Under the pieces are notes generated by a model, which did not search any database, was not told where the DNA came from, and saw only the letters and a program-made list of their open reading frames with translations. The position numbers were made by a program, and so were the translations under genes. Of a DNA stretch of 48,297 nucleotides, positions 29,233 through 39,462 are shown piece by piece. Within the stretch, counting starts at the first letter, position 1. Each line of letters opens with the position of its first letter. The DNA is from Promethearchaeia archaeon (lineage in GTDB: Archaea; Asgardarchaeota; Lokiarchaeia; Sigyniarchaeales; SOKP01). Location of the stretch: assembly GCA_029856125.1 (NCBI GenBank), contig JAHQWJ010000032.1, forward strand, positions 1-48,297. Direction: 5' to 3'.

Positions 29233-29823
29233 TTATATCAATTCGAAATTATTTGTCTGTTGAGCTAAATTATCTAAGAAGATCTTCATTTCTTGTGTTC
29301 TTTCGATACCTATTTCTTTAGCTATAGGGGTGTATAATTGTAATGGTAATTCATCATGGAACTTTTGGATAAGAAAAATTGCGCTTTTTAAGTCAGGAGT
29401 CCAATCTTCTATCCCTACAATCGCAAGTATTCTTGAAATGCCTATAGTACCCATGAAATCAAGCGTGTCCGCATCGTGAAAAATTATAGACTCTTTGACA
29501 TCAGAAGGTTTAACATGAAACATATGACTCTTAATAATGTCTTTAACGAGATCAATTTTAACTTCTGGAAAATCCATAGATAGAAGTATTTCTGAGCAAT
29601 TCTCAATTGCTACATCTGAGTGATCTTTTCCTTTTTGTCGATATGGTTCGAATGCTCCAATATCATGTAGATATGCTGCAGCGAACAGTAAATCTCTATC
29701 AACATCCAAATTTTGCTTTTCAACTAATTTAATCGCTAATTCGTAAACTCTTTTAAAATGAGTTATTCCCCATGCTGGATGTGTAAATGGTTTAACAAAC
29801 TCTAATAGTTTTGATTTCCACAT
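29233..29823 (-). CDS. HD domain phosphohydrolase
   Basis: HFKRV, AAYLHDIG, HS, SH, DADTLD. Confidence 0.85.
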   Translation of the reverse strand: MWKSKLLEFVKPFTHPAWGITHFKRVYELAIKLVEKQNLDVDRDLLFAAAYLHDIGAFEPYRQKGKDHSDVAIENCSEILLSMDFPEVKIDLVKDIIKSHMFHVKPSDVKESIIFHDADTLDFMGTIGISRILAIVGIEDWTPDLKSAIFLIQKFHDELPLQLYTPIAKEIGIERTQEMKIFLDNLAQQTNNFELI

Positions 29824-29929
29824 TTATTAGTTATCTCCTTATTCTTAACTATTAATAATTATCTATAAATATATTAAAATTATTCCTTATTCTATTCATT
29901 AAACATTTACTTAGGAAAATCGAGAAAAT

Positions 29930-32794
29930 ATGAATTCCCATCAATTTATTAATAAAATTGGTCATTATTCTGGAAATAAAAGGTTAGATTGCCAGAACCT
30001 TGAAGAACCCGACGCAGATACTGAAAAAATTAGGGAAAGGTGGTTAAGACCAGACAGAGAAGTATCGCTTAAGCGAAAATTAAGGTTATGGAAAAATACT
30101 TGTCCAGAGTTAGAAAATTTAACCATTCATCAAGTTGGAGAGTCCCATATCGATTGTGCTTGGATGTGGAGGTATGAACAAACGCGAAAAAAAGCGCAAG
30201 TTACTTTTAAAAAAGCGATCCTTCATGCTAAAATGTTCCCAAAAACGTTTTGTTTTGCTTTAAGCGAACCTATCCTTTTAGATTGGATTAAACAAGATGA
30301 TCCTGAGCTTTTTAAGCAAATTCAAGACACTGTAAAGGCAGGAAATATTGAACTCGTAGGTGGTTCTTATGTTGAACCCGATTGCATGATGCCCTCTGGA
30401 GAATCGTTTGTAAGGCAAAGGTTATACGGGATGCGATTTTTTAGAGACAACTTTAATATCCTCCCCAAAGTGGAATGGTTTTTAGATTCTTTCGGTTATA
30501 ATCGTGGTTTACCTCAAATATTAGCCAAATCAGGGGCAAAATACTTTTGGACTACTAAAATTACCTGGAATCTTCAAACAACCTTTCCCTTTGTGAATTT
30601 TTGGTGGCAAGGACCCGATGGCTCTAAAATACTGACGGGACATTTTCATATGGGAGGAGAAGGTGTTATAGGTGCTTGGAAAAAGTTCGGGATAGGTCAT
30701 TATTTATTAAAAGACAACGGCCAAAAAAGTTGGAACTATAAGGATAATTATGACGATCTTATAAATCATGTAGGAGAAGAACTTTGCCCTCATGTAGGAT
30801 ATTTTTTTGGGTTGGGTGATGGGGGTCACGGACCTACTCATAAGGAAGTCGCAATAGCAAATGCACTAGCTAAGCATCCTATGTTTAAATGGAGCCGTGT
30901 GGAAACCTTCTTCGAGGAGTTAAATAAGTATTCAGAAAGATTTCCAATATGGGATGACGAATTATATCTTGAATATCATCGGGGATGCTTTTCGAATCAT
31001 TCAGATGTTAAAAGAAATAATCGCAAGTTTGAAAACGCTTTAATCTCGCTTGAAATATTAGCTGTTTTAACCTCGTTAATTACATCAAATTATACTTATC
31101 CTAGTGAGCAATTTGAGCAGCTTTGGAAAATAACATTAAAAAATCAATTCCATGACGTTTTACCCGGCAGTTCCTCACCTGAAGTATATGATGATTGTTG
31201 GGATGATTGGAAACTACAAGACAGTTCTATTTCCAATATGATAAAAGTAATAGGATCGAATTTTTCTTCCCAAAATAATGAACGGAATTCACAGTCTGGT
31301 AAAGAATTCTTTCTTTTCAACTCCCTCCCTTGGGAAAGGACATCAAGGCTTTTCATACCTGCTGCAATTATAGATTTAGCTACTTCAGAAGAAATAGATT
31401 GGAAACCTAATCCTGCGAAATTGACCTGTTTAAATTCTGAGAATTTAGAATTCTATTGTCAGCCAGTTTCAAAAGAAAATGAGACCTGGAAAGATTCCAA
31501 ACCCGCAGGCTGGTGGACAATAGTTACATTAAAACCATTATCCTTAACTCCTGTCAAATTGGTTCTGATAGATAAGATACCGATTCAATCAGAAAATAAC
31601 GCATCAATAAATATTATATCAAATGGAATTACACACTTAGAACTAAATCAAACAACAGGGGCATTTGTGGATTTACGCACTGAAAAACTTAACAACGGAT
31701 CAAGTCTATTAAGAGGCACATCATCTAATCTCACCAATGGTTTTCTCGATGACGACAAATCATTTCCGGCATGGAATCTTACTCCTGAATACTGGAATTT
31801 TCCCCTGGAATTACCAAATGATAAAGGAGTGAAAATTGAAGTGATCGACAACGGTCCACTTTTTGCGTCTCTACAAATCAACCGGTTATTAGGAAAAGAC
31901 ATCGTTATCCAAAAAGTCACGCTATTTAAAGCTTTACCTGAAATTTATCTTGAGTATATTACTGATTGGAATCAACCAAATACGATGCTTAAAATTCTAT
32001 ACCGTACTGCAACAAACTCAGAGATTGCCACTACTGATGGGGCATACGCAATAGTTAATTTCAAAACCAATCCAGAAACTCCTTGCGATAAGGCACGGTA
32101 TGAGAAAATTTGCCATAAATTTGTTGATCTGAGCTCTCCTGATAAAAGGTGGGGTATTGCGTTGATTAACGAAGGAAAATACGCATTTGATGTTAAGGGT
32201 GGTGATGTTCAATTAACCCTTTTGCGATCTCCTAGATACACTCCTCCATCTCCTGAAGCGTGGTTGAATTTAGAAAGAAACCTCAATAAAGATCTCTATA
32301 ATCATGAACCCCCAGAATTCAGTGAAATTGGGCCGTTTAGATGCAATTATGTATTATATCCTCATAATGGAAGCTCTCTATCCAACCCTGATGGCACAGC
32401 GAATGCAAAGATAAGAAGAAAAGCAGAAGAATTTAATAATCCAATCATAATTATACCACTAAATGGAAATACTGAAGTAGAAAATCGATCATTATTAAAC
32501 GGAGAATCTCTGTTGGAAATTTCACCCTCAAACATCGCTTTAGGAGCAATAAAATATGAAGAATGGAAGAAAGACAATTCAATTATTGTCCGATTTTTTG
32601 AGGGTTGTGGACTCTCCGTATCAGCTGAAGTAAATATTCATCCAAAAATAGCAAAAATGATCATCAAAATAGAAGAAACCGATTTGTTGGAAAGAACTCT
32701 AAATCAAGATACCATATGGAATAAAAAAGAATGTAGGTTAAGCTTCAAAATTGATAAATTTGAAATTCGCAGTTTTAAATTAATATTCAAATGA
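29930..32794 (+). CDS. Glycoside hydrolase family 38 alpha-mannosidase
   Basis: SHIDCAWMW, EPDCMMPSGESFVRQ, DSFGY, GDGGHGP, ELYLEYHRG, QFHDVLPGS, LTLLRSP. Confidence 0.93.
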   Translation: MNSHQFINKIGHYSGNKRLDCQNLEEPDADTEKIRERWLRPDREVSLKRKLRLWKNTCPELENLTIHQVGESHIDCAWMWRYEQTRKKAQVTFKKAILHAKMFPKTFCFALSEPILLDWIKQDDPELFKQIQDTVKAGNIELVGGSYVEPDCMMPSGESFVRQRLYGMRFFRDNFNILPKVEWFLDSFGYNRGLPQILAKSGAKYFWTTKITWNLQTTFPFVNFWWQGPDGSKILTGHFHMGGEGVIGAWKKFGIGHYLLKDNGQKSWNYKDNYDDLINHVGEELCPHVGYFFGLGDGGHGPTHKEVAIANALAKHPMFKWSRVETFFEELNKYSERFPIWDDELYLEYHRGCFSNHSDVKRNNRKFENALISLEILAVLTSLITSNYTYPSEQFEQLWKITLKNQFHDVLPGSSSPEVYDDCWDDWKLQDSSISNMIKVIGSNFSSQNNERNSQSGKEFFLFNSLPWERTSRLFIPAAIIDLATSEEIDWKPNPAKLTCLNSENLEFYCQPVSKENETWKDSKPAGWWTIVTLKPLSLTPVKLVLIDKIPIQSENNASINIISNGITHLELNQTTGAFVDLRTEKLNNGSSLLRGTSSNLTNGFLDDDKSFPAWNLTPEYWNFPLELPNDKGVKIEVIDNGPLFASLQINRLLGKDIVIQKVTLFKALPEIYLEYITDWNQPNTMLKILYRTATNSEIATTDGAYAIVNFKTNPETPCDKARYEKICHKFVDLSSPDKRWGIALINEGKYAFDVKGGDVQLTLLRSPRYTPPSPEAWLNLERNLNKDLYNHEPPEFSEIGPFRCNYVLYPHNGSSLSNPDGTANAKIRRKAEEFNNPIIIIPLNGNTEVENRSLLNGESLLEISPSNIALGAIKYEEWKKDNSIIVRFFEGCGLSVSAEVNIHPKIAKMIIKIEETDLLERTLNQDTIWNKKECRLSFKIDKFEIRSFKLIFK

Positions 32795-32844
32795 AATTTC
32801 TATCAATTATTTTTCATTTTTAAAATTATCAATATAAGTTTTAA

Positions 32845-34368
32845 TTAAGAATAATCAAAAACTGACTTTCCAACAACACTATAGTGGGGTTTTTCTCCTA
32901 ACAGATTTAGAAGTGTTGGAACCATATCAGTAGTCTTACAATATGATAGTTCTAATTTAGGGATATTAGGAGAGCCCCCTATTATGAAGGGAACTGTCAT
33001 AGACTTTTTGATTCCGATATCATGAGAATACGGAAGAGAAGCCACAGTTTTTCCATGTTCATATCCAAACCCGTACTCTCCAAGCGTGGATGTTATTATG
33101 TCGCAAGATCGGGGATTTTTAAAATAGCGAGGTACTTGGTCAACTACTATAGGAAAATCAATCAGATTAGTAACTTTTAGCCATTCATCAATACTATGAG
33201 CTTTTCCATCTAAGAGTCGCGCAGATTCCTCAGTTTTACTATATTTATAGAAATCGTTATCATCGGGAATATACTTAGTTTTTTGGTTTATTCCATGCCC
33301 TTCGTATTCAATAATATCCGTGAACTTTTTTTCCGTTTCCACTTCTTTATGTTCAAGGTAAATTATACCTTTATCTGGGGTGTTATTGTTATCTCTGTAA
33401 TACATTGCCTTTACGCCGGGAATTTTCCATAAAGTATCAAACACATTTAATTCTTTGCTTCCAACACCCTTGGGAACAAATTTTTTCAATTGTTCGATAG
33501 TTGGATGATGGTACCAATTATCTCCAGGGAAATTAAAGAACCCAAGACCACCCATGTTACAGTCGAAATCGCCAGTTCCGTTCTTGGGTAAGTATTGGGT
33601 AAATCCACATTCTTTAAAAAAAGGCTCGATGTCATACATCTTCTCTGATTTGTAATTTCCATGATCGGATATAATTCCAATAGCGGTTGAATCATAATAC
33701 CCTGTGTTTTTAAGAGTTTTAATTAATGAGCCAATGTATCTATCACAATCGATTACTTCTTTGATGTACTCTGGATGATCAAAGCCCTTATGATGCATCA
33801 AATCATCTGGTTTTGGTATATATACAACAGTTACTTTTGGAACCTCATTGTTTGAAAAGTGTTTTTTAGGATTTTTATATATTTCTTCGACCTCTTTAAG
33901 AAAAGAGGAGGATGTGTATTCTACTACAGGGATTACAACTGAACCTCTATTTATAAAATTTAAGGAACTCAAAAAATTACCCTCTCCCGCTTGTTCAAAA
34001 ATGGTTTGACAATTTGGCCCTATATCTTTATTTAATTTTAAAAGATGATTTCCTTTTCCATAATTTCTAATAACTGGAAATTTTTTTTCTTCCATTAAAG
34101 GATACGATCTTCCAATCCAATGATACATAGGTGCCCCACTTCCTTCTTTGGGAAAGTATCCCGAATAGGAACCTATGACAATATTGCTATAACAAGGAAA
34201 AGTTATACTTGGAAAGGATGTAATACAATTACTACTTGAAATACCATTTTCTGCAAGTTGAGCTATATTAGGAGCTTTTCCTTTATTCATTAGATCAAAT
34301 AAATGAGTTGCTCTAACATCGTCTATCAATATTAATATAACTTGATTTACTAAATTATTCCGGGTCAT
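32845..34368 (-). CDS. Alkaline phosphatase superfamily protein (nucleotide pyrophosphatase/phosphodiesterase-like)
   Basis: ILIDDVR, FPSITFP, DDLMH, ISDHG, D.VPTLL.LLG. Confidence 0.85.
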   Translation of the reverse strand: MTRNNLVNQVILILIDDVRATHLFDLMNKGKAPNIAQLAENGISSSNCITSFPSITFPCYSNIVIGSYSGYFPKEGSGAPMYHWIGRSYPLMEEKKFPVIRNYGKGNHLLKLNKDIGPNCQTIFEQAGEGNFLSSLNFINRGSVVIPVVEYTSSSFLKEVEEIYKNPKKHFSNNEVPKVTVVYIPKPDDLMHHKGFDHPEYIKEVIDCDRYIGSLIKTLKNTGYYDSTAIGIISDHGNYKSEKMYDIEPFFKECGFTQYLPKNGTGDFDCNMGGLGFFNFPGDNWYHHPTIEQLKKFVPKGVGSKELNVFDTLWKIPGVKAMYYRDNNNTPDKGIIYLEHKEVETEKKFTDIIEYEGHGINQKTKYIPDDNDFYKYSKTEESARLLDGKAHSIDEWLKVTNLIDFPIVVDQVPRYFKNPRSCDIITSTLGEYGFGYEHGKTVASLPYSHDIGIKKSMTVPFIIGGSPNIPKLELSYCKTTDMVPTLLNLLGEKPHYSVVGKSVFDYS

Positions 34369-34501
34369 AATTATTATATTATCCTTTTTATTAGTTAGTT
34401 AATTTGTTCTTAGTTAATAATTTTATTTTTACTCGAAGGTGGATCTCCAATGAAGTAGAATTTCAAAAAGTTTTTGACGATCTCTACATTTAATTAAACG
34501 T

Positions 34502-35602
34502 ATGAATGAAATAGCTGAAAAAAATTTTGTAGTGGGAATTCTCGGGGATAATTTTGATATAAACAATTTAATAGGTCAATCTTTGGGTTCCCCAGGGACT
34601 AAATCTGATATTCTCTTTTACAATCGGTTAGATCAAACTTTAAATCAAGTATTTTGCGGTTTAACTCCTATAGATTATCCCGAAAAGATAAAACCGCTTT
34701 TACAAACTTTAGCCATATCTAATATTCATATTCTTGCTATAGATTTAACTATTGGATTAAATGCCTCAGTTGGAGAAATACTAGTTGGAATAGACATATT
34801 TTCAAAATTATATCGGACTAAAGTTTTGGTGGTAATCGCTGGAATAAATTCAAATACGGAGTGGAAATTACCTGAGACAAAAAAGAAAGTTCGGGCGATT
34901 TTGGATGATACTAGTTTGAAAAACGCACAAATTTTCGAACTTAGAGCCAAACAAGATTATGAAAATCTAAAAAGAATAATTGTGGAGCTTGGGAATGAGT
35001 TTCTACAACAAACTAGCGTTAACGAAGGAAACACGGAGGTGTTAGTTGACCACGTATTTCCTGTTAAAGGAATAGGGACCGTCATTCTTGGAATTGTAAA
35101 ACAAGGCGAGGTCCACAGTGGTCAAATGTTAGAAATAACGGGCTATGAATCCGCCGTAAAGAAAGTTATAATCAGGAGTATTCAAAAACACGATAGGAAC
35201 TTTAAAGTCGCTTACGAAGGTGATAGAGTAGGTCTCGCCTTAAAAGGTAATATTTCCCCTAGAGATCTAAGCCGCGACAACATTATTGTTACTCCTGGCA
35301 TCTTTGAGCAGGAAAAAGAAATAGATGCGGAAATTTTTGTAAGTCAATTCTATAAACCCAAAAATGGGACGATTACATCTAATGATGGAATCCAGTATTA
35401 CGGGCTAATTAAGTTAAAACTATCTCCTTTTAAATTTATTGAAGGTCAGAAAATTGCCCCTGGAAAAAGTGGTACTATGAAAATTCGTTTTGATAAATCG
35501 GTAGTCCATAACGGAAAAGGATTAAACGGAATTATCACTGAATTAAATCGTTTCGAGAATAAATTGCGAATAGTTGGATATTTTCAACAAACTAAAAAAT
35601 GA
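34502..35602 (+). CDS. SelB-like/EF-Tu domain II protein with degenerate G domain
   Basis: VDHVFPVKGIGTVILG, IRSIQKH, GDRVGLALKG (EF-Tu/SelB domain II); no GxxxxGK[ST] or NKxD motif. Confidence 0.8.
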   Translation: MNEIAEKNFVVGILGDNFDINNLIGQSLGSPGTKSDILFYNRLDQTLNQVFCGLTPIDYPEKIKPLLQTLAISNIHILAIDLTIGLNASVGEILVGIDIFSKLYRTKVLVVIAGINSNTEWKLPETKKKVRAILDDTSLKNAQIFELRAKQDYENLKRIIVELGNEFLQQTSVNEGNTEVLVDHVFPVKGIGTVILGIVKQGEVHSGQMLEITGYESAVKKVIIRSIQKHDRNFKVAYEGDRVGLALKGNISPRDLSRDNIIVTPGIFEQEKEIDAEIFVSQFYKPKNGTITSNDGIQYYGLIKLKLSPFKFIEGQKIAPGKSGTMKIRFDKSVVHNGKGLNGIITELNRFENKLRIVGYFQQTKK

Positions 35603-35693
35603 CCTTCATTAATAATATTAGATGAATTCCATTAATTAAGCAGTGAAAACTTTTATATATTAAGTTAGAGAAAAAAAAAAGCGTGCTTTTTAG

Positions 35694-36932
35694 TTGAACT
35701 CAGGAAACTTGTTTAAAACTCAAGAGCCTAAAGTCTATTATAAATCTTCAGAAGCTATGGAGGAAGTATTAGATGACTCAATTCAATTAATAGTTACGTC
35801 ACCTCCATACGGTAAAATTAAAGATTATGGTAATCAGAATCAAATAGGTTTTTTTGGGACTTTTGATGACTATTTTGAAAGGTTAAAACAGGTTTGGTCT
35901 GAATGTTACCGTGTCCTCGAGCCTCAATGTAGGATGGTTATAAATATAGGAGACCAATATCTAAGAACTTCTGAATTTGGAAGATATCGAGTTTTATCAA
36001 TTGCGAGTAAAATTATAACCGATTGTTTGGATTTAGGTTTCGATTTTCTTGGAGATATAATATGGCAAAAAATTAGTACTACTAACACTACGGGAGGCTG
36101 TACTTTAATGGGATCCATCTATTACCCCCGAAATGGATTACTTACCTACGATTATGAACACATTCTCATTTTTAAAAAATATCAAGGTAAAAACAAGAGG
36201 AAAGTTGATCCGATTATAAAAGAGATGTCAAAAATTCCTTTGAGTGAGTGGAAAAAATGGTACACTGGGCACTGGAAATTCCCGGGAGTGGTACAAAAAG
36301 AACATATCGCAATGTTTCCAGAAGAACTTCCATATAGAATAATAAGAATGTTCTCCTATATTGGTGATACTGTCTTGGATCCATTCTTAGGTTCTGGTAC
36401 AACATTAAAAGTGGCAAAGAGTCTCTTTAGAAATGGGATTGGTTACGAGTTGAATAAAGATTATAAGAAAATTGTCGATAACAAAGTTAAAAATTGTAAA
36501 CCAGGTCTTTTTAGAGATTATCAGTTTATAATGTATAATTTATACGAAAAAGCTCGAAACGAAAAAATTGAGATTCAAATTGAAAAACAGAAACAGAAGG
36601 GGGTAGTTTTCCTTAAAAACGCAGAAAAAGTAGAAGTTATATTAGATTATCTCTTAATCGAAGAGGAAATCTTTAATCAAGTTAAAATTAAAACAGAGAT
36701 AGAAACAAAACTAAAAGAAAATACTGTACTTAGATATCTAGAAGGGATTTTAATCGATAAAAAGATAAAAAGTTACGTAATTTTAATTAATTCTAAATTT
36801 GATAAAGAAATAAAGTTGAAACAATTTTTAAAAGCGTACCTGAGCAAAGCAAATCTAATTGATAAAATTAAGATTATTACAATGGATGATTTTCTCTCAG
36901 ATGATCTCAATTCATCGCTATTTTTCCTATAA
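35694..36932 (+). CDS. N4-cytosine/N6-adenine DNA methyltransferase (beta class) with C-terminal extension
   Basis: VTSPPY precedes HIAMFPEELP and VLDPFLGSGTT. Confidence 0.9.
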   Translation: MNSGNLFKTQEPKVYYKSSEAMEEVLDDSIQLIVTSPPYGKIKDYGNQNQIGFFGTFDDYFERLKQVWSECYRVLEPQCRMVINIGDQYLRTSEFGRYRVLSIASKIITDCLDLGFDFLGDIIWQKISTTNTTGGCTLMGSIYYPRNGLLTYDYEHILIFKKYQGKNKRKVDPIIKEMSKIPLSEWKKWYTGHWKFPGVVQKEHIAMFPEELPYRIIRMFSYIGDTVLDPFLGSGTTLKVAKSLFRNGIGYELNKDYKKIVDNKVKNCKPGLFRDYQFIMYNLYEKARNEKIEIQIEKQKQKGVVFLKNAEKVEVILDYLLIEEEIFNQVKIKTEIETKLKENTVLRYLEGILIDKKIKSYVILINSKFDKEIKLKQFLKAYLSKANLIDKIKIITMDDFLSDDLNSSLFFL

Positions 36933-36969
36933 AATGTAAACAAGAGTTATGATAAACCCACCTCTCGCA

Positions 36970-37025
36970 GAGTATTCATCAAATAACTTTCCATTGCGGA
37001 TTTTTTTATTTGAATCATTATATTT
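36970..37025 (-). promoter_or_regulatory. Putative eukaryote-like SECIS element in the 3' UTR of the 37029 gene
   Basis: Minus strand: AUGA U UCAAAUAA AAAAA UCC GCAAU GGA AAG UUAUUUGA UGA A. AUGA/GA core, perfect 8-bp helix, unpaired A-run and apical mini-stem; the AUGA starts 10 nt after the stop. Confidence 0.65.
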
Positions 37026-37028
37026 GGT

Positions 37029-37955
37029 TTAATCATTGCAATCAACGGATTCCTTGAGATTAAGTTTAATGAAGGCTTCTTCTTGTTCATTTCTCTGGCT
37101 CGATTTAATCGATCTGTTTACTTGAGACAAAAACTTCATTGCTTTGATTTTACCTTCATTGATGCTTTTTATAAGTTCCTCCTTACTTAATGCTCCAGAA
37201 ATTGTTAGAGCTGTCTGAAACGACTGATCCGGTTTTAATGTTTTAAATTCAATTTGTAAAGCAGATAGAATCTCTCCTGGTTGGCCGTATAGCGTATTAG
37301 ATAGATTTAGTTTATCACTGCTAATATTAAAATTTTTAGTTAAACAAGTTTCATAAAATGTTGATCTAGATATTGGAGAAAATCCTCCAAATAAACCAGT
37401 GTCATCATATTGATAAATAACATCGTTCTCTTCGTCATATCCTGATAAATCGTTATCAAAACCGTCTAACCCATTGATATCAAAATCAAAGACGAAATAT
37501 AGAGAGAAGTCTAATAAATCATAATCTGATATGTTTTTTATCGTAAAGAATGCGTTAACATAGGGAACATTGGGGCGATTAAATACATCAATGTACAACC
37601 GAATCAGAGAATTCTGTTCACTAAGAACAATCGGTTTGATCTTTTTCTGTGCGATTAATTTTTTTAAGTATTCCTTTATATCAAAATCAAGTGTAATACG
37701 ATTAATCGTGGTTCCAATACGACTATTAACCATTTTATAGATCGGAGTTGATTCGACATTTTTTAGGAGTACACCAATAGGCTCTAAACTCTTGTTTTTA
37801 AGTTTAAAGCTAAACCACGGACCAGCATACACTTGTTCTGTCAGTGCTATAAGATATTTCCCTTTAAACATTAATTCTTTAATGGAAAACCCCATTAAAT
37901 AGCCAGATTGGTTTCAAGCAGCTAAAATCTCGTTGAATATAACTTTTAATACTAT
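37029..37955 (-). CDS. Hypothetical protein, candidate selenoprotein (in-frame UGA at 37914-37916); ORF track covers only 37029-37895
   Basis: SD GGAGGT 37965-37970, then ATA GTA TTA AAA GTT ATA TTC AAC GAG ATT TTA GCT GCT TGA AAC CAA TCT GGC TAT TTA ATG, in frame with the 288-aa ORF; SECIS-like hairpin downstream. Confidence 0.6.
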
Positions 37956-38063
37956 TTTTTAATAACCTCCTTGAATTGAATTTAAGATAATTACATTATA
38001 ATTTGAAATAATCTCAATAAATTAAGAATAAGTAAGTAATTTAAAACATTCGTATATTTGACA

Positions 38064-39050
38064 TTAAGCTTTTTCAATAAATCGATAAGCAATATAAAGG
38101 AACGCTTCGTTGACATTTTCCCCAGTGAGTGCTGATGTTAGAATGTAGTGAAAACCAAGTTCTTTAGCAACAATTTTTATTTCTTCTTCGGTAATTACTA
38201 ATTTATCCTGTAAATCTGATTTATTACCAACTATCACAACTGGTATATCACGTAAAACGGATTTTTTAATATCATCATACCATGTTTTTACACTTTCTAG
38301 ATTATTTGGACGGGTTCTGTCTATTACAATAAACGCCGCACTCGACCCTTCGTAAAACCTGTGTCTATATGGTGCCATTGAGCTGATTTGTCCTCCGATA
38401 TCCCACAAAACAAAATTTATTTTCGTGTCTTCGTCCATTACTACGGTTTTTTTTGAAATTTCAACTCCTATTGTTGAGATATAACTTTCTGAAAACAAAT
38501 TTTCAACAAATCTTTTAATTAAGGATGTTTTTCCTACTCTAAAATCGCCCGTTAAAATCAATTTTGATGTGAATTGACCTTTCGGTAATTTTCCTTCCCT
38601 TCTTTTCGATAAAACGCGAATTATTTCCGGTATCTCTGTAGAAACGTTATCAATTCCCTCAAGAACAAGTTCTACTTTCCCCGCTATATATTCAGAATAT
38701 ATTCGCAGTTCTAAATCAGATGTTGTAGGATCTGCTATAGTTGTCAATATTGAGCGTGAACCCATCGAGCAATACGCAAATTTCTTATCCTGCATCGATG
38801 TTATATTGAAAAAGTTACTCTGCGTTTGGAATTCGTTTTTTATACGATCGATATAAATGTCAAGGAATGCAGAAATAGCGCCCATTACAGAATCCGACTC
38901 TGTTCCGGCTTTTTCTTTGCTATCCGAAGCGATAATAAAACCATCTCTATCGCAAATTGCCACTGCAATAGCACCGTCGATATCGAACATGTAGTTTTCT
39001 AATAACGATTCAAGCAAATCAATATTGGGTAAACCTTCCATAGATCTCAA
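38064..39050 (-). CDS. Roadblock domain fused to Rab-like small GTPase
   Basis: N-terminal AVAICDRDGFIIAS roadblock pattern; G1 GDFRVGKT, G2 STIG, G3 WDIGGQ, G4 NKSD, G5 TSA. Confidence 0.92.
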   Translation of the reverse strand: MRSMEGLPNIDLLESLLENYMFDIDGAIAVAICDRDGFIIASDSKEKAGTESDSVMGAISAFLDIYIDRIKNEFQTQSNFFNITSMQDKKFAYCSMGSRSILTTIADPTTSDLELRIYSEYIAGKVELVLEGIDNVSTEIPEIIRVLSKRREGKLPKGQFTSKLILTGDFRVGKTSLIKRFVENLFSESYISTIGVEISKKTVVMDEDTKINFVLWDIGGQISSMAPYRHRFYEGSSAAFIVIDRTRPNNLESVKTWYDDIKKSVLRDIPVVIVGNKSDLQDKLVITEEEIKIVAKELGFHYILTSALTGENVNEAFLYIAYRFIEKA

Positions 39051-39260
39051 CTTCGTTAGTCTTCTTCTACAAATATTGTTGTTTTAAAAGAATATAAATA
39101 TAGCTATAAAAGAAACAGAAATAACTGTCTCTTCTGGTTAATCATACAATCTTTTTTTTTGAAGTAGAAAGCGGGTCCTCAAAGAAATTAAAATCAAATT
39201 TTTTGTTGTATCATAACCATATTATTCCTCTTTTTATTCAAATAATATCTTCATTATTTT

Positions 39261-39446
39261 ATGTTAGATAATTCATCTTTAAGAGAAACTACGGCTGAAG
39301 AGAATCAAATAGAAGATATCTTGTTTAGAGCTGTAAACCTTTTTGAAAAAACGGGTTTAAAAGATTTGGCAGAAAAATGGGATACGATCTTAAAAATGTA
39401 TGCTGGTAAAAAAGAATTGAGCAATCCTTCGTTCTTAGAGACATAA
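39261..39446 (+). CDS. Small hypothetical protein (61 aa)
   Basis: ATG-started ORF filling an intergenic gap; helical composition. Confidence 0.45.
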   Translation: MLDNSSLRETTAEENQIEDILFRAVNLFEKTGLKDLAEKWDTILKMYAGKKELSNPSFLET

Positions 39447-39462
39447 TTTTAATAACGTCTAA

